A stretch of 63,160 nt of DNA, the filler included, from Octopus bimaculoides (taxonomy: Eukaryota): assembly GCF_001194135.2 (NCBI RefSeq). It is 5 parts of 5 records of this genome, joined end to end, with 100 filler letters (N's around TTAATTAATTAA, not from the genome) between each part and the next. Parts side by side here need not be neighbours in the genome. Positions count along the whole stretch, not along the records: positions 43,320 to 59,489 come from NC_068999.1; positions 59,590 to 63,160 come from NW_026387970.1; 3 more parts are not named here. One strand, 5' to 3'. The stretch's first letter is position 1; the number at the start of each line of letters is the position of its first letter. Position numbers and translations under genes: made by a program. The notes beneath the pieces are model-generated. The model searched no databases and was not told the origin of the DNA. It saw nothing but the letters and a program-made list of their open reading frames with translations. Below are positions 54,008 to 63,160 of this stretch, piece after piece.

Positions 54008-55197
54008 CGAAAGCACGAAATGGTAATGAAACAAGAAAAATGTCAAGTTAAACGTTAAGAAAGATACACCCAGAGACAGTGTGTCACACTACTTTCAGTG
54101 ACAAATATATTTGCCCTCTGCTCGTATGTCTGTAACTGCAAACATTGTCCAAATCTTGGGTAGAATTTTCTGTTCGATGATAAGTAGCATATGTGCAGTA
54201 TATCCTTGGCAAATGTGGTTTGCTTCCGTTGAAGCTACTTGGCAATAATAAGGATATGAAAAATAAAATGTAAAAATGTTTTCATGTTTAAGTGTAAAGT
54301 AATAAAGAACGAAATGTATAATAATATTTTTGAAAAAAATTACTCTAAAATATAACTAAAAATTACCACCAAAATGTCCTGATATTTTTTTGGTACATAT
54401 ATGGTTTTAACATTTTTTTTTTCATTTTTCATTATCTTTGAAAGCGAATTATGAATAGAAAATAGACTCCACTTTAGACTACGTGAGGCGCTAGAGTAAT
54501 ATCTAATAATTTGCAATTAGCTAAATTTATAAAGAGAATTTTAAAAGATGGGTTAGATGCAATTTCCTGAATCAAGGCAAGAGCTAGTATCAGTGAATGT
54601 GAAGAGAATCAACTATCTTAACAACAACACCAATAATAACACATTAAAAAAAAATCAGTTTAAAGCAACCAATTTTGAGGGGATGGGCAAGTTGATTACA
54701 TCGACTCCAGAACTTGACTGGTATTTATTTTATCAATAAGTTATGAGTGAATTTAGTAGAGGGAAATTGTATCAAAGCCCGTATTGCGTATGTGTGCATT
54801 TCTGTGTGCGTTTGTATGTGTATGGTGTGTGTGTATATTGTGTGTATGTGTGTGTGAGTGTGTGTGTGCTTGTTTGCATTTGTTTGTCTTTGTGTTTCTC
54901 TCTCTTCACTGCTTGATAATCGTTCCCTGATTTGTTCGACGCTTCGCGGGCTGTTCGTCAAAAGATACACCTAAAAATAAGTACCAACTTTTAAAAATAT
55001 ATAAGTACTGGGGTTTTATTTGCCCCCCCCCCCAAAAAAAAAAACATTCAAAGTGATGCTCCAGCATGTCCGCAAACCAATGACTGAAACATTTAAAAGA
55101 TCACTGATATCGGTTATATCAATGCATTACTTGTAAGCTGTGACTAATTACGAGAAAGGGACAGCACTCATGATTGTGACACTGTTGCATGCATTTA

Positions 55198-55860
55198 CTC
55201 TTTTACTTGTTTCAGTCATTTGACTGCGGCAATGCTGGAGCACCTCCTTTAGTCGAACAAATCGAGCCCAGGACTTATTCTTTGTAACACTATTTACATT
55301 TGACGGATATTTGTCCTCATCTTCTTTGTTGTTAACACCACGTTTCGGTTGATATACTATGTCTTGGGAAATTTCGAACCTGAGTTCTCATTCCTAAGGT
55401 ATTTTTCGATGTTATTATTATTATTCAGGTCACACGGAATCTTGGAGTTAATAGCCCGCGCTCTTAACCACTACACCATATGCTTGTGGGCAATTATGGA
55501 GTGAATTTTAGGGCTTATAAATCTAATATTTTCCTATCCTTCTTTAATACCGGTTCCCATATGCTACTCACATCTGCACTCAGTCTGCTTAGGAGGTTGT
55601 TGTGTCCTAACAGATGTGCCTAGTACTTATTCTATCCGTCTCGGTTGTCAAGCGATGGTGCGACGACAAATACAGACGCAAAGACACATGCTTATATATA
55701 TATAAATATATATATATATACATAAACGACGGCTTCTTTCAGTTTCCGTCTAACAAATCCACTCACAAGGTTTGGCCTGAGGCTATAGTAGAAGACGCTT
55801 GCCAAATGTGACTTAACGCGGATCATGTGGTTGGGAAGCAAGCTTCTTACGACACAGAAG
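55198..55860 (-). mobile_element. SINE family 2 copy split by a 330-bp insertion
   Basis: The family sequence ...ttattctttgtaa|gcctagtacttattc... is broken at 55287/55618. Confidence 0.8.
55288..55617 (-). mobile_element. Inserted element with a tRNA-like head, short TAA run, B-box-like motif and GAAA-CGT half-hammerhead
   Basis: Minus strand: gcatatggtgtagtggttaagagcgcgggctattaac (A-box TGGTGTAGTGG); aataataataac; ggttcgaaatttcc; ccgaaacgtgg. Confidence 0.55.
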
Positions 55861-57931
55861 GTTAAGTTGATTACATGGGTCCAGATTGTGGCTGATACTT
55901 ATTCTATCAATGCCGAAAATATACAAGGCAAAGTCGACCTCGACGCTCTTTGAGCTCAGAACGGAAATGCGACCGAAATATTGCTAATTTTTTTTTTCCC
56001 GACGTGCTAACAACTGTGCTTGCTCGCCACCTTTCACTGCTGCATATATCAGCTTAAAATGTGATGGATAATCCAACAGAGTAAATTAAAAGTCGGAGTT
56101 TATAAGATAACCAATGTTATCCTGAGATCTAATCCTACGGCATTTAGTTCTATTTTCCATCACTGAGCGAAGGAGAAACTGAATAACAACAAATGTTCGA
56201 TACAATCCAACACTTCCTTATACTTTATATTTGAAAAAAATAAATATCAACATGATGTGAATGTAAGAATTCAATATTTTCTTGTCAAAAATTTTGTTTT
56301 TAATTTAATTCGTTTATATGAACAGTAAGAAATAAATATAATTTATATTTTATTTTATAATAAACGCTGTACCTTGTTTCATTTCTCGTTTTCATTCTAC
56401 CAAAATAACGTTGTTCATTCAATCTCCGTATTTTCATATTGTGGTTTCTTTCCTTCTTGTTTTCGTCTTACCGCATAAATATCTTGAGTTTTACCAGAAA
56501 ACAAATTTTGATATGTAATATGTTTCCAATGCATACGAATATTTCCTCCCCTCATTTTGCTTTTACATTGTTACTAAGAAATCGTTCAATATTTTTACAT
56601 ACATGACAGAGCAATTGAAGTTTCTTTAACTAAGCGTACATTTCCAAGGAGAGATACACGTTTAACCGACCGTATCATGTTAAACTAAACAACTAGAAAT
56701 AATTTCTCAACATTGTTCTTCCTCCGAATATTACGATACAATTTCTTTATGTGCAACAGTCTTCGATTTTCTAACATTCACAACCAACTGAAACGAATGG
56801 GAACATTTACATGTATTTACATGTATGCACCGATGATTGTACGTATCTGAAGATATATATATATATATATATATATANNNNNNNNNNNNNNNNNNNNNNN
56901 NNNNNNNNNNNNNNNNNNNNNNNNNNNNNNNNNNNNNNNNNNNNNNNNNNNNNNNNNNNNNNNNNNNNNNNNNNNNNNNNNNNNNNNNNNNNNNNNNNNN
57001 NNNNNNNNNNNNNNNNNNNNNNNNNNNNNNNNNNNNNNNNNNNNNNNNNNNNNNNNNNNNNNNNNNNNNNNNNNNNNNNNNNNNNNNNNNNNNNNNNNNN
57101 NNNNNNNNNNNNNNNNNNNNNNNNNNNNNNNNNNNNNNNNNNNNNNNNNNNNNNNNNNNNNNNNNNNNNNNNNNNNNNNNNNNNNNNNNNNNNNNNNNNN
57201 NNNNNNNNNNNNNNNNNNNNNNNNNNNNNNTGTAAGTATATATATGTGTGTGGGTATGTATATACGTATGTATAGTTGTTTGCATGCATGTATGCATGTA
57301 ATGTAAATACGCATATATATATATATATAAGAATCACTGTTTATATTATCACTGCAACTATCCAAGCATACAAAGTTCGGAATCTTATAGATTTTACTGA
57401 ATTCACACACAGACTGAACAAAAACACGACAAAATAATGCAAAAATATCTAATTGGGTGTAGCTTGTGTTGCAGTATATTGTATTTGTGTACTTTCACTA
57501 TACACACATAAGCATAAATTTACATACACATACATATATTTATGTATGTATATCTATCTATCTATTTATCTGTATATATATATATATATATATATTCACA
57601 TATGATTTTATATTCGATATCCAGCGTATGGAAATATAAGATGCCGGGGACTGCCATGTTATGAATAAACTACGGAATAGTTTCTATGCTAGATAAATAT
57701 CTGCTATTATGATCGTATTTTCATATTCCAATGAACATATTACACATATATTAATGTCAACAAATTTGCAAGTATGTTCTCATCGCTGCTTTTGTTCCCA
57801 CAACGATATTGTTTTGTTTTTAACTCAGAATATGTTTTCAGATTCGTAGCAGGAAAGGTATACTTGATTAAATAGCATGCTGTAGAATATCTATCTATCT
57901 ATCTATCCGTCTGTCTGCCTGTATATTTGCC

Positions 57932-58027
<96 letters not shown>

Positions 58028-58149
58028 TTTTAAACGCTTACACGCTCACACAAAAATATATATACATATATACGTATGTACATTATGCATTTGTGTTTTA
58101 TGTTTTACACATTTTTAAAAAAATTGTCTTATTACTTTATATCTTTGCA

Positions 58150-58655
58150 TTCTTTTAAATACAACTCTTTGGGGTTGTTTCCAAGGCCTTGCAAATAAGC
58201 CTGAAAATGTTGTAACCCTTGAAATATCTAATGCCCAGGGGATAAACTCGGTGTTTGTAATCGATGGTTCCAGGCACTCTAGATTTATACAACGATCATC
58301 GAATTCTTATACAGACACTTAAAGTTCTGTATATGAGTCTCCATACATGTATTAGTAATCAAATACAACCTTCTATTGCCAAAGATATTTAGATAGGTAT
58401 GTATATAAATGTTTGCTCGTATGTATATATGCTTGTAGGTAGTTAAGCAAGGAAGCAGATAGGGAGGTATGTATAGGTAGGTAGGTAGGTATGTATGTAG
58501 ATTTTATGTATGTATGCATGTATGTATGTATGTATGTATGTATGTATGTAGGTAGGTAGGTAGGTAGGTAGGTAAGTGTGTATATATGTACGTAGGTATG
58601 TATGTATTTATGTATGTGAGTAGGTAGGTATGTACGCATGTAGGCAGGTGAGTAG

Positions 58656-58686
<31 letters not shown>

Positions 58687-59135
58687 TGTATGTAGGTAGG
58701 TAGGTAGGTAGGTTGGTAGGTAAGTAGGTAGGTAGTTATGTATATATGTAATGTATGTGTATATGTATGTTTATATGCATGTATGTATGCATGTATGATT
58801 TATCTTTGAGCTTAATTTAAGTGTGTCCTAAGTGAGTTCACGATAGTCCCTTACGAAAGGACAAGACACTTTCGGTAAGAATGCTCCTAGATTTGTATAT
58901 ATGTGATTGAGATAGTATGTTTTCGTTCTGTGCCTCGATTGTGTTGTTGATGCATGCACCCAAATGTGTGCAACTATTCACATAAGAATCACATCCAGAG
59001 AATTTTGGGAATGTCTTCTAAATATTCATTGAGCCACAAACAGACTGGATTTGGGAGTTCTGTGACAATTACTTTCCTCTTTCTCGGTGAAACCAAGGTT
59101 TTCGAGCAAATATGCTGGTACATGACGTAATACAT
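58150..59135 (-). pseudogene. Decayed Penelope-like RT split by a (TAGG/TATG)n array at about 58400-58800
   Basis: VLRHVPAYL resembles LKHVPSY; KTLVS; LWLNEYLEDIP..FLCE resembles FWL.KYPEDIP..FICE; FDDRCI resembles FLDDCFI; LEPSITNT resembles LHPSIKFT; IPWALDI resembles LPFLDI. Confidence 0.6.
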
Positions 59136-59589
59136 CTATGATGAGAGAAACGAATTAGAATTCATAGACAGAGTACAAGTGCTGTGTGTGTGTGTGTGTT
59201 TATGTGTGAGTGTGTGTGCGGGTGTTTATGTGTGTCTGTGTGTACCGTGCGAGCTACCTAGGATATGCAGAAAAAGTTAAACAGCAACTGATGATATGAA
59301 TGGGCCATGACAATACAAACTCTGACTTCGTAAAAGCGTAACACATTAAATCAGGTGAAGCTTTCTGTTACATGCAGTCTGGGTCACTTTTTGTCCGAAG
59401 CACACTCAAGCTTACACATTCACACACGCCTGCACGCACACATACATATATACGCACACACATGTGTGTGTATATATATATATATATATNNNNNNNNNNN
59501 NNNNNNNNNNNNNNNNNNNNNNNNNNNNNNNNNTTAATTAATTAANNNNNNNNNNNNNNNNNNNNNNNNNNNNNNNNNNNNNNNNNNNN

Positions 59590-59769
59590 TGCTGTGTGGA
59601 GGAAATCGATGGTACGGGCTGCTGTGATGAGGAAATCGATGGTACTGGCTGCTGTCTGGAGAAAACAGATGGTACGGGCTGCTGTGTTGAGGAAATCGAT
59701 GGTACGGGCTGTTGTGTTGAGGAAATCGGTGGTACGGGCTGCTGTGTGGAGGAAATCGATGGTATGGGG
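59590..59769. repeat. 30-bp minisatellite, at least 6 units, continuing into the gap
   Basis: Consensus tgctgtgtggaggaaatcgatggtacgggc. Confidence 0.92.
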
Positions 59770-59950
59770 TCCTAGAACACTCAACATCTTGATGGAGACT
59801 GACAAAAACTGATAGCGGCTGGCCAGGCTCCTGTAATAATCAAATTTTCTCTCTCTCTCTTTACGGGCAGTGATACTGTGGTCTCCAGCCCATGCCGCAG
59901 TGTTGATGCTGGAGAACATGTTGCACGTTGAGTCCCAGATCTTTTCAGTT
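59770..59950 (-). pseudogene. CRE-clade-like non-LTR endonuclease C-terminal fragment
   Basis: IWDSTC...AG...ERKFDYYRSLASRYQFLSVSIKMLSVLGPHTIDFL follows the recalled pattern WDxTC...AG..A..AE..K..KY..L...Y.F.PV..E..G..GP...FL. Confidence 0.55.
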
Positions 59951-60355
59951 TGACTGCACTTTTGAAATTTTAAGATGAATTTAAAATTTTCAAATTTGGT
60001 GTGTTGGTGTAATTTTTGAAACTGAATGGCCTAATTTGTCTGGTGTTTAGAGGAAATTTCAACTCAGCCACAGAGTCTCCGACTGTGTCTTACCATCAGG
60101 CGTTCTTTTAAAGGATTGGAATTTGTTCAAGTTAGTGTTGTTAAATTGTGCACAAGCATGCCTGTTTGTATATCCTCGACACCACATAACAAACCGGTGT
60201 TGGTTTGTTTGTGTTCCAATAAGTTAGCAATTTGGCAGAAGAGTTTGATAGAATAAGTTCCAGGCTTTTCTCTTTGGCTGCTACTTTTCACTTTCTTCAA
60301 TTTTGTTCCCATTGGTTTCACATTTCGTATATTGTTGTAGTTTTGTATGGTAATT

Positions 60356-60505
60356 CATCATCATCATCATCATCGTTTAACGTCCGCTTTCCATGCTAGC
60401 ATGGGTTGGACGATTTGACTGAGAACTGGCAAGCCAGAAGGCTGCACCAGACTCTAATTCATCTGGCAGAGTTTCTACAGCTGGATGCCCTTCCTAACGC
60501 CAACC
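60356..60505 (-). mobile_element. RTE-associated 3' tail repeat, well preserved
   Basis: (TCA)n + cgtttaacgtccgctttccatgctagcatgggttggacg ... cccttcctaacgccaacc; reverse complement of 17285-17455. Confidence 0.85.
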
Positions 60506-60958
60506 AATGGAAAATACCAAACGGAATCTCACCTTTTATCTCTCATGTTTCTTCCTCCTTTAACTTATTCTATGTGATATAATTCTTGGGAAAGAATACA
60601 TTTGCGGCTGAAGATAGCTTTATACTATCAATTGTATACCAATAATGATGCAACAACAATAAAGCTTGAAACACGTGTACCGCAGAATCCTTTGTGTTTT
60701 GTCTTTATTTTACATTTCCAATTTATTCATTGACCCCGACCACGAGCTGGCATACACAGGTGCTTACAATTATCAAGTATTACCTCTAACATTTACTTTA
60801 TATATATATATATATAAATTCATAAGAATGGTACAACAAGGTACCGATATTTGCTGGAGAATAGCAATCGATATAAAAACGACGCTATTGTATAGCTTCA
60901 CTGCGTATATACTGGCAAAAATGCGTGTGTGCAACAAAACATGAAAAACTTGTCTTAC

Positions 60959-61027
60959 CTTAGGAAGAACATCCGAAAATGGCGTTCGGGCGAGTATACT
61001 TGGCATTGATGTAGCAACATTTGAAAT
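60959..61027 (-). CDS. Candidate exon 3' part (its 5' part lies in the gap)
   Basis: Near-consensus donor AAG|GTAAGA at 60958; two open frames, ISNVATSMPSILARTPFSDVLPK or FQMLLHQCQVYSPERHFRMFFL. Confidence 0.35.
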
Positions 61028-62069
61028 NNNNNNNNNNNNNNNNNNNNNNNNNNNNNNNNNNNNNNNNNNNNNNNNNNNNNNNNNNNNNNNNNNNNNNNNN
61101 NNNNNNNNNNNNNNNNNNNNNNNNNNNNNNNNNNNNNNNNNNNNNNNNNNNNNNNNNNNNNNNNNNNNNNNNNNNNNNNNNNNNNNNNNNNNNNNNNNNN
61201 NNNNNNNNNNNNNNNNNNNNNNNNNNNNNNNNNNNNNNNNNNNNNNNNNNNNNNNNNNNNNNNNNNNNNNNNNNNNNNNNNNNNNNNNNNNNNNNNNNNN
61301 NNNNNNNNNNNNNNNNNNNNNNNNNNNNNNNNNNNNNNNNNNNNNNNNNNNNNNNNNNNNNNNNNNNNNNNNNNNNNNNNNNNNNNNNNNNNNNNNNNNN
61401 NNNNNNNNNNNNNNNNNNNNNNNNNNNNNNNNNNNNNNNNNNNNNNNNNNNNNNNNNNNNNNNNNNNNNNNNNNNNNNNNNNNNNNNNNNNNNNNNNNNN
61501 NNNNNNNNNNNNNNNNNNNNNNNNNNNNNNNNNNNNNNNNNNNNNNNNNNNNNNNNNNNNNNNNNNNNNNNNNNNNNNNNNNNNNNNNNNNNNNNNNNNN
61601 NNNNNNNNNNNNNNNNNNNNNNNNNNNNNNNNNNNNNNNNNNNNNNATATATATATATATATATATATAATGAGGTGCAGGAGTGGCCCTGTGGTAAGAA
61701 ACTTGCTTACAAACCACATGAGAGATAAAAGGTGAGATTCCGTCTGGTGCGTGGCACCTTAGGCAAGTGTCTTCTACTATAGCCCCGGGCCGACCAAGCC
61801 CTTTGGTAGACGGAAACTGAAGGAACTGGTCACGCAGACATAGAGAAAGTTGTTTGTCCCTTACAACGCGCCAGCGTGTCACACTTTTGTTCCTGCACGA
61901 TCGAGGCTTATGATACCTCATGCGCCGGCTGGCAGCCCCAGCCTCACTGCATTAATCACTGGCATATTCAATACTGTGCACTGTATTTGTAATCAATGCA
62001 CTAGCATTAGCCTCAGCCTTGTATAAGCTCTATTGCACTCATGCACATGCACTTCTGTTATGCACATCT

Positions 62070-62295
62070 GCGAGCTGGCAGAAACGTTAGCACGCCGGGC
62101 GAAATGCTTAGCGGTATTTCGTCTGCCGCTACGTTCTGAGTTCAAATTCCGCCGAGGTCGACTTTGCCTTTCATCCTTTCGGGGTCGATTAAATAAGTAC
62201 CAGTTACGCACTGGGGTCGATATAATCCACTTAATCCGTTTGTCTGCCCTTGTTTGTCCCCACTGTGTGTAGCCCCTTGTGGGTAGTAAAGAAAT
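62070..62295 (+). mobile_element. tRNA-derived SINE family 1, best-preserved copy
   Basis: gcgagctggcagaaacgttag head; B-box gagttcaaattcc (62138-62150); tail gtagccccttgtgggtagtaaagaaat, also seen at 49620-49690. Confidence 0.88.
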
Positions 62296-62550
62296 GGCAC
62301 ATCTACACCCTAGTTTTGCAACACTTCTGCGTCAGCTCAATTCTTCTCCCGACTCAAAGCACGTTGGATGATCACATGCTCTGCGCTCATGTTTAGACAT
62401 AATTTCCCTCCGTTAGACCCTTATTTGGTCACGTAATTAAAGCTACACTGTCCCGTATACACTTCAACGATCCTCTCTCCTGATATGCGAAATTTCTCCT
62501 CAACCATACGTTATTTTTTTAATCTCCTTTGTTCGTTCGCTTCCTTCCAG

Positions 62551-62680
62551 GAACCTCACTGGCGAGGAGAGTGATGTAGTGGACCTTGCATGCATGAAGT
62601 GGATTCGATCCACTATAGCAAAATTTAAATCAACACTGCAACAGAACTTTTCCCACAGTGGAACAATAGTTTTTCTCTGA
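62551..62680 (+). CDS. Candidate terminal exon of unknown protein
   Basis: Long pyrimidine tract ending cttccttccag|; only one frame stays open: NLTGEESDVVDLACMKWIRSTIAKFKSTLQQNFSHSGTIVFL*; AATAAA at about 62973. Confidence 0.33.
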
Positions 62681-63078
62681 CAGCAGTTTTTCTCCAGTAT
62701 GGCCCGAGGGCCAATAACAAGAGCATATAAAAAAAAATTAGACAAAATAATGACACTGTAACGATAAATGTTAGTTTCGGAGGTTACCAATTGTAACGAT
62801 AAAAGGTTTCTGTATGAAGGCTGCAATTCTCTTGTTCGGGGTCACCTATTGTAATGATAAGGTTTTTGTTTGTAGCGATGATAATTTTGTATAGTTACCA
62901 ATTGTAGCGGTTGTAAGATGAACGATGAACAGTGATCGAAGTTGTAAAGAAATATTTATTTACCGTTACTTTAATAAATGCCATACCACGACGGGTAGGT
63001 TAGTGTAATAGTATAACACAGTTCGTAAAGCATACAAAGTAAAGAAAGTTAATTTAGGCCTGTATATGTGTGTCTATT

Positions 63079-63160
63079 GGAGGCGCAATGGCCCAGTGGT
63101 TAGGGCAGCAGATCGCGGTCATAGGATCGTGGTTTCGATTCCCAGACCGGGCGTTGTGAG
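63079..63160 (+). mobile_element. SINE family 3 head, truncated by the window end
   Basis: ggaggcgcaatggcccagtggttagggcag ... ggtttcgattcccagaccgggcg. Confidence 0.85.

Noticed and set aside
59073-59135. 63-nt AG/GT-bounded exon that would join 43940 in frame as LLENLGFTEKEEKIYYCL, resembling a helix-turn-helix start
   Set aside because: The same bases are better explained as Penelope-like RT (HVPxY motif, collinear with downstream RT remnants), so the join is probably coincidental.
60608-60632. CTGAAGA followed by a small hairpin
   Set aside because: It lacks the GAAA core.
62660-62710. HTGEK and CGKS on the minus strand, suggesting a C2H2 zinc finger
   Set aside because: The motifs are in different frames with no C-x2-C...H-x3-H spacing.
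40325-63160. tRNA genes at the SINE heads (40325-40400, 62070-62150, 63079-63150)
   Set aside because: They have A/B boxes but no complete cloverleaf and continue into SINE bodies.

Overview
This is AT-rich, microsatellite-dense eukaryotic DNA with no prokaryotic gene structure and no CRISPR array. The repeat families look like those of a coleoid cephalopod, probably Octopus (inferred from recalled SINE/LINE families, not a database hit). Four identical 44N-TTAATTAATTAA-44N linkers are synthetic scaffold joins, so the window is five blocks whose adjacency is unproven. No intact host gene can be named; only a few candidate exons stand out. Almost all recognisable coding signal comes from decayed mobile elements: at least five R4/Dong-type non-LTR fragments clustered at (TAA)n arrays, RTE LINE fragments, a CRE-like endonuclease fragment that seeded a 30-bp minisatellite, two Penelope-like RT fragments, a Ty3/gypsy integrase, a full-length mariner nested in a piggyBac-like MITE, a maT-like Tc1/mariner, an hAT-like transposase, a DINE-1/HINE-like element and three tRNA-derived SINE families. 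The most notable signals are: a complete minimal hammerhead-ribozyme topology at 31697-31731; a tRNA-headed insert carrying half of such a motif at 55.3 kb; a (TAA)n retroelement nest at 26-31.5 kb; and a sharp CpG-depleted to CpG-rich boundary near 23 kb beside a strong minus-strand splice donor. Most boundaries are approximate hand alignments.
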